From: Tubulanus polymorphus | Taxonomy: Eukaryota > Animalia > Nemertea | Direction of reading: 5' to 3' | Length of the DNA: 64,000 bases | Assembly: GCF_964204645.1 (NCBI RefSeq) | Contig: NC_134027.1 | Coordinates: forward strand, 5,488,485-5,552,484 | Shown: positions 1 through 12,146 of the stretch, in pieces | Numbering within the stretch: position 1 is the first letter of the stretch | Layout of the letters: every line of letters starts with the position of its first letter | Notes under the pieces: generated by a model | Told to the model about the DNA's origin: nothing | Database searches by the model: none | The model's input: the letters and a program-made list of their open reading frames with translations, nothing else | Made by a program: the position numbers and the translations under genes

Positions 1-418
1 GTACAAAAAGACTATTTACATGAATGACATATACACGGCAGTGTTCAAATTTGCTCGATGAATTCATTTCATATTTTAGCGAATGATTTTTCAGAATATC
101 TAAGACCTACCAGTAGATGATTTGAGAATCCATAATATTTACATGTATTTACAACACCAAGAATCTTTTCTAAGGCCCATTCCTTATGAAAACATTTTTT
201 TCCATTGCACTTTTCAACAACTTGAAATCGATTCATTGAACAAGACTTGTGTACTTGCACTACTTTAACATATCTGGTCAATAACGCCAAACGACACATG
301 TTTGTAGCATTGATACTCGCAGTGCACTTCGAGAGCGGTTTTCACACCCTGCTGTCGCAACATTCACGTAACACTGAACAGTGGATTGTTCAAAGTTCAC
401 TTAAACATCCATGTACGT

Positions 419-3400
419 TTATTCGTCGAGCTGAGGTAACCAGAATGCCTGAAAAATTCATCAGAAAGCGGCATTAGTGGATCTACATGGTCGAATAAAC
501 TGAAAATCATTCTCGTGATAGAGTCAAAGTTGCTTAATCCGAATCAGTTTAATACAGATTACATCAACGGTCATCTATACATAAATTCATGTAAAATATG
601 ATATCTAATTTGGATTAATTTCATTGGTACCAAATGATCTGAGTTCTACTGTGATATAGGGGCAGTCTATTTATTGATACAGTCGGTTCTTACCATGTTC
701 GAACAGGCACTGGCTAACATCATGTACTTAGGATTGAACTGTACGCATTGAACAGCACCGCCGTGTTCAGCGTTCAATATGGCTACTCGTGCACCGGTCT
801 CTGTATTCCAACAATATACACGACCATCAGTAGAACCTGCAAACACGTTTACATTCATATTTAAGATTTATAACATAAAAAATCGATAAGCCAAAGATAA
901 GAAAAACCAGTCTTCATACTTACCACTAAATACAAACTGTGAATCTGGACTGAACGAAGCTTCCATTGCGAGTCCTTTGTTATTTGTGATACCCTGTAAC
1001 ATTCAAAAAGCAAATGAATAAATCAAACATTAGAACATTGCTGGTATCTACGCATGATTGAAGGATCTGTTGACAGCTATTCCACCTCAAAGCAGGGATT
1101 ACTCAAATTATGAAGTAGATTGTATAACCAGGGTACTCGCCATAAATGTTTGCAAAGAAGCTCCTTGAAAAGCATCAATTAGATGAACTGCCTGGCCATT
1201 CGTTGAGATCAGAATCATTTTACCATCAGGACTAAATTTCAAGCCGGTCCAATCGCATTCTCGATCCTGTGTCAACTTGAACGTCGCAAAGGGACCCTTA
1301 AATCGTAAGAGAATGTGGTTTAGCTGAAGAATGAAGTTGGATTAATGATAGCTATGAACTATCACTCCTGATATCAATGATTGCGGTACCTTATCAAATG
1401 ACCTCAGGTCGTATAATTTCACATGTTCCGAGTTAATTCCAGCTGCGAAAATCAAACCTTCAGGATCGAACGCAGCTACAGGTCGACCGGTTAAATGCAT
1501 CAACCCCTGAACAACAGAACGGCGGTTATAAAGAAAGGTGAAAATACACATTTCACAACTATGCTCATGAAAAGAAACAGTAATCCTCACCTGACAATTG
1601 TGAGATCGTAAATCCCACAAACGAATCGTTCGGTCCAATGACCCGGACAAAAACGTATCATCAACTGGTGACATGCACAGCGTAACAACCCTGAAAACAT
1701 TATATTAATTAATAAATAAGATCATCTATGAACATTGTTATACCCTCCTTATGAAAATGTTCATGATCCATGCTCACTTTTTCGTATGTCCAGGAAAATA
1801 TCGAATGTATTTATTATCATGTAGAGACAAATAACGAATTGTGTCTGTAAGAAAGAAGAATGAATTTCAGATGAATAGATATCATGCAAACATGAGAATG
1901 AAAGTTTATCTAATTTAACAGTCACAAGGTTCCTACAATTCCTGGTATCCAGAATTCAAGGAATTTTTAAGGAGTAATTTTCAAAATTCAAGGAGGTTTT
2001 CGCGGTCATATATAAGGAAAAAGAGTCGAAAATTCAAAAACAAAATCCCCGTTTTTCTCAAATTTTGATCAGTTGTTGTGTGTGCCGTTTTGGTTTTACA
2101 TGTCTAAATCTCAAAGTGAAACAACTTTCATTCACAAGTCACACAGTGAAGAATAATAGAATACACTGTCTTCTGAAAAGGACTTTTTGAAAATTTTTAA
2201 TAGGACTTTCCCAGAATTTAAGGAGTTTCAAGGAGTTTATGGATATTTCTCAAAATTAAAGGATTTTCAAGGACCTTGAAAAATATTTTCAAAAATCAAG
2301 GATTTTTCAAGGATTCAATGAGTTGTAGGGACCCTGAATCAGGGTTAGACATTTGGGATGCCTTAACTGCAGTTGCACTAGTCAGGAATCAGGTCCACAT
2401 TTCCGGTGAAGTTTGATACGATCATACAGATATGGAGAGAAATCCTTAGACGTACCATCAACTTTAGTAGAACTGTGAATGGCAGCATTCGTTGCATGTG
2501 TATACTGTATCAAATCTACTCCATATTTCTTACTGTTCAATGTCCTCTTCGGTCTACAGTAGAAATCAATACATAAATACACAAATGATGAATTTCATGA
2601 TTGGAGTAATAACCTAATTAATGAAAGCGAATATTTTGCCAATAAAGCCACTATTCTTAACTAGGGGTACATGCACACTGCACTTGACGATCTGACTTTC
2701 AATATTCAACGTGCCACAATTGTAGAACATGAGCTACAATTTCGCAATGGATTATTGATTGTGGTAATTAGGTAACGATGTGTAGATGTAGGCATATTGA
2801 GAACAACAGCTAGATATTAAAGACTGGGGAAAGGTTTATGGTTGGCAATAGAACGTTTTAACTTTCACAAGTTCCTGCCTGAAGAATGATTGGCAGAATG
2901 GTGGTATACAGTGGGTTCAAATCCTGATTTTTCATTTATTCCTGTGATGAGATGCTGAATTTTCAACATGTTCAGCAGGACCGCATGAAGACGGCCTAAT
3001 TAATACAAACTGTCAATGGTTACGGGAGTCTGTACTATATCTGCGTACGCGAATGTTTAAAGGAATAGGGTTAGGGTAAGGTAAGGCTTTATACAGATAA
3101 ACTTTCGTCATGGCTTCCAGTTGTGTGCTGTGGCTCGGTGGGTGAAGGGTACAGCTTTCAGGGCCAGTTTCACGAAAAGGTTTAACTCTTAAATCGATTT
3201 AATTTCTTCATTAATTCAGTTTATCTTAAATCGATTTAGGCCTTAATCCTTTTTGTGAAACTGGACCCTGGTCTATTGCTAGAAATCTTTGCTTTAGTTT
3301 CGAATCCCAATTGCAAGTCAGAATTCTAGTGTATTGCAAAGCCACAGGGTCGGACAGTGTAATGTAGGCGACATCATCCATGCATAATAATGGCAGTGGT

Positions 3401-3661
3401 AAGCAGTATGAATGAACCATATATAGGTGAATAGCAGCTATTAAAAGAGTGCGCAATGGCAAAATATTCACGGTCTCTTTCCAATCTATAGCACACGTAC
3501 GTTCCGTTTTGGCAATCGTAAATTACGATGGAATCATCGTCGCTACTCGAGATCAATGTTTCTCCATTTGCTGAGAAGTTCATGCAGTTTATTTTGTCGG
3601 TATTTTCTCGAAATACTTTCGCCACGCGAAAACTCCGTACAACATGATCGGTTAGCTTCAT
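419..3661 (-). CDS. WDR82: WD repeat-containing protein 82 (Swd2; SET1/COMPASS and PTW/PP1 subunit), complete, 9 exons, 313 aa
   Basis: Exons 3501-3661, 2456-2553, 1778-1844, 1591-1690, 1390-1506, 1141-1296, 924-993, 694-836, 419-448 total 942 nt. Translation [25 protein letters not shown]...SKKYGVDLI...[20 protein letters not shown]...[11 protein letters not shown]...[24 protein letters not shown] matches the WDR82 family. All introns are GT-AG except intron 6 (GC-AG). Confidence 0.97.
1925..2336. mobile_element. Non-autonomous TIR element in WDR82 intron 2
   Basis: Left end CAAGGTTCCTACAA; right end TTGTAGGGACCCTG (12/14 inverted match). Internal scattered TTCAAGGA motifs; no ORF. Confidence 0.55.
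3159..3270. mobile_element. Short MITE-like hairpin in WDR82 intron 1
   Basis: CAGGGCCAGTTTCACGAAAAGG ... CCTTTTTGTGAAACTGGACCCTG imperfect TIRs, with internal duplicated TTAAATCGATTTA. Confidence 0.65.
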
Positions 3662-6634
3662 TTTGATGGGAAAAGTCACGATAAAAGAGCCCCAACAAGC
3701 AAGCAAACTTGCAAACAAACTGAGAACTTTCTAAAAAAGCGTTGAATGAAAATGGCCAATGTTGAGATGTAAGCTCTGGACGGTTTCAGCTAATATACGG
3801 ATATGGACTCTCAGAGTAATCCTAAAGTTCGGATAGTGGAATGGGACAAATAAATTCAATCAATGCCTTTATTTACACCTGTATTTAACAATAAAGATGA
3901 ATTTTACAATTATAGCATTATGTCAACAAAGAGACATTTGAAACGACAGTAAAAGGATCTAGTAAAGGCTCAGTGACCACTATATGCCAGCATAAGCCGG
4001 CACCCGGCCGGGTGAATTTATCTAGTGTAACAGATTCCGACAAATGCCTCGTCGAAACTGGACTATCAGTTTTGCCTTTATAAACATCTTAATGTGTGTC
4101 AAATTCTGCATGGGGAAAATATTTAAAATCTGTTAAACATATAATCATATAATTTTCACTGCGCCGCTTATGGGTGGATGTCCTTAACCCAGAGTTCCGA
4201 ATACGCATGTTGGGTTTTATTTTCTGTTGCTGTAGTATATTGCTAATACACGTACTCTTTTCCCTCCATAGACCATGGAGATGGCAGGAGTGTAATGAAT
4301 ATTCCTATTCGTATTTGATTTCACATTCAACATTCATCAATCAACCGCTAAAGCTTCAATGATGAATCCGTTTTTTAAAATGTGTTTGAAGCCCTCTAGA
4401 AGCTCGCATCGATAACAAAATAATAATGTGATAATTTCACCAGGAAAATTATGAAATATTAGTCTAGATTTCATTTGAAATAATGAATTTTTTCAAAGTT
4501 TTATATAGAACTCTTGTTCGTATTTCAATAACATCTCCCCATTTTAAAAAGATTTATATAATGAATGCAAATTTGAATTTTGTATTTTTGGGCCATCATT
4601 TTCCACTTCGGATCCTATTCAGATGCAGTGAAATTTGCAAAATCAAGAATATTCAACTATATCATGACCAAATTTCCAGGCCCAAAACCCAGGTTGAACA
4701 TTAGTTATAGGGGTTTTTTTCCATTTAAATGATCAAACCGGTGACACCAAAAATATGTGCACTGGACCCACAACTTCAGTCTTGCTTATGTTTCTCAGAC
4801 TGCGCGCACCAAACGAATTATGTAGTTCATTACCGATCCTGAATTTGCAAATTTCAGTTGAATTATGAGAAGAAAATTAATGAAATATATCCTCCATGTT
4901 CCAGAGCCGAAGAAGCCTTCAATCTAAGGCCGATTGTGAGACGGCTGGAAGACAGCTTACGTTGGAATACGTAATAAAAATATTTGTTTTTTACACACAT
5001 TTAGAAATATTTAGCAAAAATGGTGTAAGGTAGATTCGATACATTTCATTATAATTTACGAGAATAAAACCCTGCCTGGTGATTGACAAATAGTTGCTAT
5101 TTTTTCCTAGACGTGTTTTCTGTTGAGGCTTAAAGTGATGAAATAATGCAATTTTGTTGTCATGGAATCTGAGTGGGTAGTTTAATGTGATTGATGTGGT
5201 GACTGGGAGATTATAAAGCGGAAGTTTACGTAACATGAATTTCCCTTTTGTTTTTTTTCTCTGAAAGACTCATAGAAGGATAAGAAAGGCATATATGTAA
5301 ATGTCAATTTTTGAACGCCAATATTCTAGCTTCTACGTATATAGATATATGAATATTACCGAAAGCCTTTGAAGCGAACAAGGACAATTTAGTGAATTTT
5401 GGAACAAAGGAAAATGGGGTAAGATGCTAGTCGTTAACTTTTGTTCTACAAGTGTTTTAGATTACGCTGTATGAAGCGCATGTAGAAAAATAGGCTTCAC
5501 AGTCTGTGGAAACGCAGTGGAGTGATTTTGTTCTGGCGTCGTTTCTCCAGTAGATCCCTCGGTTGACAAGCCTTTCATCTACCAAACAACAGAGCACGTT
5601 ACTGATTTCACTGGCTTACGCACTACGCTCACAGTTCCTACGCGAAATATCACCTAGAATGGATTTTCTCAATGTTCGTCCTCAAGATACAAATCAAAAG
5701 CAAAATTATCAGCTCTTTTGATAGATCCACGTTTTTATTCGGTTAATACAAGATGATATCAACATATCAATGAAAATGCTTTGCAAAAACAAATTTATCT
5801 ACGATATCCGTTCTATGAATTTATTTTTCATTATCTAAGTGAGGTATAATGCTTGCCTTTTCCTTCATATAGCCAATCGTACGATTAATGCGTTATATCA
5901 AAACAGAGCATGAAAATAGGCATTGCATCAAGGTATAAAATTGTTATTTTCTACTAAAGAAGCAAAAATTGATCTTTTATTGCAAAACATGATAAACATA
6001 GCTAGCTAATACATCATGATATACAGCATTTGTGCATTGTAACTACCAATATGACTGATTTTTGGCCTAGCCGAATGTAAAATGATGCCAAATTGTACAT
6101 GTAGGGAAATCATTCATTTAAGAGACAAATATGTAACTTGACATATAATCATTCGCGTAATAATACCTGGCCGTACTTCATTTACGAGGAAGGCAGGAAA
6201 CAGCTTGTCAACCAGTCATCTTTAATTCAAGTATCATTTTCATTAACTACTATCATGGATACATAATTAGCGATGTCGCATGCGTCGCGTGTGAATTAGG
6301 TAAACTTAGATTGGAGAAGAAACTACTGGAAGAAAAGCAAAAAGGGACAGAAAATGTATGTGTATCATAGAAGATAATCTTTAAGCCGTTGATTGAAAAC
6401 TCAGTCTTTGAACAAATCATCGTGTCATGGCATCAGCAGCGATTTTCATACAAGAATATTACATTTGCAGCTTGTTTTTGAAGAGAAAATATACTTTATG
6501 TAAAATAAATCTCATTAAATGCAGCAGTCACAATCTTTTTATCTCGGTGGAATTTATCTGTATATTCCCAACGCCTTTCGGAGATGATTAACCGGCGGCA
6601 ACGTGGAACTTTTGAGCGGTGACATCTGAAGATT

Positions 6635-9600
6635 TCACGAGGCGCAAACAAACTTGCTGGGTGAGCAATGTAGATCCGACATGCAGGGACATAGGCTGAA
6701 TGATCGACGGTAGTCTGACGGTGCTGGCATACTATTTGGATGGCACTTGTCACCAAGGTCTTGAAGGCCTCGACATTTCCGAATACCGAACGCAGTGAGT
6801 ACACAACATTCGTTGCGTCCACATTGCGCGTCCGTTATACAATCCTGTAAATAAACGGGACATACATATTATTAGCATTAGGAAAGACATCTTCTCATCT
6901 CATATAGTCAAAAAACAGTTTCTAATACAGCATAGCGTAAATGAATAACAATTCAAACTCTTATCTGAACATAAAATATCTATGGTGTCACAAAGTATAT
7001 TAGTCTTGATCATTTTTTTTTATACCATTTCAAAAGGAAATATAAGATAATTCTGTTCGTTAAGTAGTAAGGATGGTGAATTTTTTGTCACTGTACTTAC
7101 GTGTACCAAACCTGATAAGACTAAAATTAGATAGAATTTTACAGTTTTACATGATATGTGTAATCTTAAAAAATAATGTTATCACGTAACACACTACTGA
7201 CACGTCATTGTTAAAGACTAACATTCACAGGTAGCTATTATTTCTTATTTTTTTTTGTTTCATATACGTTAAACACATATTTTCCAAAAAAGAAAAATTT
7301 CATTCTTTTCACTTGTACCAAGAGATTCTTTTCTCGTACACACGGCGCATAAACGGCCTTTACATTGACCTCTGTCGAAGAACCTGGGGAACGGGCGACG
7401 GTAATCGGCGTCGGAACCTTTTGTCGCTAATCGGGTCCACATGGGAGAAAATTTGACGTCTTGTCGCCAATGATTCCTGATGTGAAATTGGAAGGCAGAA
7501 GGAAAGATACCTCATGCTGTGGGTGATGCCGCCGGCACTATACAGAGGAATCACTACTTTTATTCTCGATCTTGTTGTTCGCGGTAACTTGATTGCGTGA
7601 CACAAGTTCAAGGCAAATACCAAATTCTCGTGATCATAGTAATAAAAACTTGCATCTTCGGTAGCCGTGTGTCAATCTGATAATACTATACTACGAGTTC
7701 ACGCGGACTCTAGTAATTAGTAGACGTCTTCGAAGCAAAAATGCCATTCAACTATATCTGTACTTCGATTTTAAAAACCTAAACTCCTGTTTCGTTCCCG
7801 GCAGGCGTGTTGGGTTTTTAAGGGATGCAATCTCAAATCAATTGAAAATCAAATCAGATAAATAGGAGGGGTAATTTTGTCTTTTAAGATAAAAAATTAC
7901 ATTCAATTAATTACTTTCTATGATAAATTGAGATATTCACACGCGTAAATACATTTCGAATCATTCACCATAGTTCAGAATTTAGTTGGAACAGGAAATA
8001 CTGTGTTCATCAACATCAGACGAACGAGAAAAGTTTCGAAACAATTATACTATCAAAAATACGCCCCAGAGGTATCGAATATCATACGAGGCTTATTATC
8101 GCTAAGAGTGTCGTGAAGAATAAATTAGACCCTGTTGTTCTGAGATATAGCGCTAATGAGCGCGCCACAAATTTCTACGAGAAATTACCCAATTAGTAGT
8201 TTTCGCACGTATACTAACGGTAAGACGGTATAAGGATGATAAAATGAAGACAACCTTTTAGCGCCGCCAAACGATGATCGGTGTGGCAAGCTATTTGTCT
8301 TAGTTTGTGATTGCAATTGATTCGCAGGTATATTAATAGGATAGTTTTCGTTAGTTTTGCCCGTTACTGATTCACGATGATCTAATACGACTCATGGACG
8401 ATCTAATACAGGCGATATTAAAAATCAGATGGTGGTTTAAGTGATGCGTACGTATACATGTAAGCGTGGTCACGTGTAACAATCCGGCAAAAAAACAAAT
8501 TACCGACTTAGACATGGTTTCCATGCTAGAAAATGATTTCCTTCCTTAAAGAGCAGGTAACAAGAGGTAGTTCAAAAATGTATTTCTTCAAACACCGCAC
8601 ATAACTCTCATTTTTCCTCATTAAGATAGTCGCAAGGGTTACGCGTTGCGTAATGGTGTAATGTCACCACAGTCGCGACACGAACGCGACTGTGTATTAT
8701 TGCTGCTGAATGTTAATGCAGTTTGATTACAACATCCGGTTATTGACCTTTACAACTAAGAATATCATAAAAACTGCGCTGAATGAGAGAAGCTTTCACG
8801 TCGTATTTCAAACGGCGAAACAGAAACATTTCACTCAAATATCTTGTCGAAAATACTTCGAAATCAATCAAAATAGCCTCCATAAAGCCAGGATTTGACG
8901 GAACGTGTTAATCATTTTTATCATTCAAGACCCGTTCTCCTCGTATATTATATACTAACAAGCTACAGTAAATCTGCAAAAGGTCATAATCCCGGTGATA
9001 GTAGCAATCAAAGTGACCACAGATACGCGTCCACTGGTCAAGCGCGCATACGCTCGTAATTATGTCTCACGGAGTCGACGGCAGATTGCGGACTAAGCTG
9101 TCGTGGCATCGAATCAAGTTAGCATCGATCCTGGTAATACCGGAGGATAACTTTGATGTGGTAGTAAAATGAGTTCCACCTACCCTCATCGCATTCCCAT
9201 CGATGGAAGAATCCAGTCTCGCGATCCACAGATAGATGAACTAATTCTGTGTATACGGAATCTGATGACGGCCAATACTTGCTGGAACGTTTGAAGTATT
9301 TATCAATTGGAATAGCTAAGTATATAGCCAATTAGTTAGTTCCTCTGATCAAACCGATGCTTTACTTAGTCGACAATTCCTCTCACAGGATCCAAATTTT
9401 TTCATGCCGTTAATTGATGATCTAGGCCAGGATCAGCCCTCACTATATTATCATACAGTGAAATATCAACACGTCTTGCCTGTGTTACAACAATTCTTGA
9501 TCGTCTCAGTAAAGAGAAATATTACTAATAACGTTAATTCGTCGATATAGTGATAAAATGCCAAAGCGTGTCCCACAGATTGTGCGGCTCAACTCAAAAA

Positions 9601-11310
9601 TCCGTTTAACGAAGGATGAAATCCCGCACGTACGCAGATTAATCCATGAATCGTGAGGAAGATAATCGATAAGGAAGATTTACTTTTTTTGTTATTAACT
9701 TATCGTTTTTTTAAACCTGACGTGGTACGAAAAAACAAAACAAATATATGATAGCCAACAATATCGTACTTGCGAGCAAAAACGACCGCCGCGATTTTCA
9801 GCTCATTTTTGCAGCGTCGTGATGACAGTATTGTAAGGTAGAAGATACATCCAACTTTTACGTCCAGATTACATTGTTATGCATGTTGGATAGACTTTTT
9901 CTGTTAGCATCTTGAACAATCTACTCACACACATACACGCACATAAGCGTTCACTTAACTCATTGCGTGATAAAAACTGAGCTATTCTGCCGAATACCTA
10001 TCTACACTTGTAATATGAAACATCAGAGGCGACAGTACACAGCCGGTCTCAGATTTCGTCTGTTTTTACCACGATATTTGACGACGTGGGTTGTAATGAT
10101 ATCACACTATACCGAAAGATTATCCGATGTTGTGGAAACTTTGAGAACTTTTAGTTGTGGGCAATAACTCTGTCACAGGAAACGTGCTTTTCAACCTGGA
10201 AAAAGATGGATTTTACCTTTGATTGGGCATCAATCTTTACATTGTGACACACGGGACTTTACCTGTTAGTTTGTATCATCATCACGCCATTCGGAAACCC
10301 AAGTTAAATGAATGACATATAGACAATCTTAGACTACGACTGGAAAGATGTTGATTTTTCATCATGACAAGGAATGACTAGTACCGATACGTACAGTAAT
10401 TAAGTATTGTGTTGTTCACGCGATGACGGGCTCCACGCTGTTACATACCTCATATAAATTTCCATTTTCGAGCTGTTTGGTTAACCCAAACATTAACTAA
10501 TTAATTGATTTACAAAGTATCTATATCAACAGAGATCCATGGAAAACAACCTGTACACGCGGCCTAACAATGATTGATTCAGCGCTGTAAAAACCAACCA
10601 GAAAAGTCCTCTCAAAACAATGTTTGCAGTTCCTTCGAAGCGACCATTAAAATCGAATTAATTTTCACTGGAATTTAAGAGACACTTAAATAAGGGGTTG
10701 ACGATTTGTCAACTGGAGATAATAGGTAAATTTATCTAACATCAAGGGGTTAGCAAAATTTGTACCGTACTCATTAGGTTCTTCGCATCCTACAGAACGC
10801 GAATCGCGATATAGAAGATCAATGTTCGGTTTTCGTGATCAAATACGATGACATTTGCTTTATGCCAGTTGATCTGCAGATGGAGGCTAGTTACATGAAA
10901 TGTAAGAAGCTTAAAAATATGCACTCACATTAACCTTAAACGATGCATCGCAACATGGAAGCGGAGAGGGGGTTACAATCCAGCTGAAGGTATTTAGTTT
11001 ATAAGCCGGCAAATCTAAAACAAGAAGCTGTGTGTCTTGTTAGATAATGAAAGTACCCGAGGGCCTGTGACTGTCTTGACGTGACATCAGTTCAACTCTA
11101 GCCAATCAAGTGAACCTTTAATCCCGCCTTACTGACATATATGTTACTGCTAAATAATCAGTAGCGAGGACGTGGCCGGTTCCTCGCGGCACGGTTTACC
11201 GTGTATATACAACGATATATTGGACTAATTTTCTGCCGCGATGACCGCGACAAATCAGCCGACGACAGAACAGTTGCGGCGATAAACAGAATAAATACCG
11301 TCGAACGCAT
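6635..11310 (-). CDS. Secreted prokineticin/astakine-like (colipase-fold) cysteine-rich peptide
   Basis: Terminal exon 6635-6844 (acceptor tttacag|) reads DCITDAQCGRNECCVLTAFGIRKCRGLQDLGDKCHPNSMPAPSDYRRSFSLCPCMSDLHCSPSKFVCAS*, with the 10-Cys pattern C-C-CC-C-C-CPC-C-C and GxxCHP motif. Probable first exon 11200-11310, MRSTVFILFIAATVLSSADLSRSSRQKISPIYRCIYT|gtaaac, has a signal peptide and compatible phase 0. Internal exons (about 7101-7120 and 7340-7476) are possible but unresolved. Confidence 0.85.
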
Positions 11311-11381
11311 AATTACGCCCATCAAAGGGACGACAGTCACGTGACCCTTGACCACCCCCGGAACGCCGGTCACGTAAAATA

Positions 11382-11414
11382 TACTGTCATAAGGCGAAAT
11401 GATTTACATATATA
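11382..11414 (-). promoter_or_regulatory. Putative TATA + initiator of the prokineticin-like gene
   Basis: TATATATG at 11414-11407 and Inr-like ACAGTA at 11387-11382, about 29 nt apart and about 75 nt upstream of the signal-peptide ATG. Confidence 0.45.
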
Positions 11415-12146
11415 CATATTTCTTCCCAAAATGATCTGAGGTGGATATAGATTGCTCTGGGAGTTCATTTTGGTGACAGTCGTATCTTAGTAATCCGTAA
11501 TGAATATCTTCCGAAGAAGCTTAATATCGAAGATGTTGTCGACTATCATTTACTTGTTTGTTTTGAGATAATTAAGAAATGATTTTACTAGTTTACGTTA
11601 GCAATAGATTCCTATTGAACTCATCTCTAAGGCATCAATTGTCGGTATTGCGTGGCTGCGCTGTAGAGAGTAGCTAAATTCAATTATCCGTCAGTAATTT
11701 CACGATCCCTCGTCGTCCAGACAGCTCTCAGATTTCTCGCATCAATGAATTACGGCGTAGGATAAAATCAGATACATCGACTTTTTCTAATTTTCCTTGC
11801 TACCTTACGCCCTGTATCTATTTCAATCATTCTGCATTTGTACATAGGGGATCGTGGTTTCATTTATCACGCTTTCTGATAATCTTCTTTAAATCTTTTG
11901 TTTGACGTATACATCTATATCATAAAGGGGAGGTTGTCTTTTTTCGTATACATTTTTGAGAGAAATCTATTCTTTGTCTACTCGTGAAAATAGGCATAGA
12001 TACAGAGGAATAGTTTGCCATGGCCACCTTCGGTTTTCTGAGTTAGTCGACTATAGTCGAACTAAACGAAACCGAATGTCCGTTAGTCGGAACTATATTT
12101 CGAAAATCAAGCGCATTCGGTTATTAGTTCCGACCACTAGTCGACT

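Noticed and set aside
1845-2455. Intronic let-7, as vertebrate WDR82 hosts let-7g
   Set aside because: No TGAGGTAG/CTACCTCA seen; the intron is mostly a TIR element.
2891-2924. tRNA gene (A box TGGCAGAATGG, B box GGTTCAAATCC)
   Set aside because: Boxes only 12 nt apart and no cloverleaf; at most a deleted SINE fragment.
4905-4935. Hammerhead-like CCGAAGAAGCCTT..AAGGCCGA
   Set aside because: Both catalytic boxes (CUGA and GAAA) are broken.
6496-6822. 108-aa ORF in the track
   Set aside because: Alternative frame over the prokineticin-like exon; the Cys-rich frame from the 6844 acceptor is the recognisable one.
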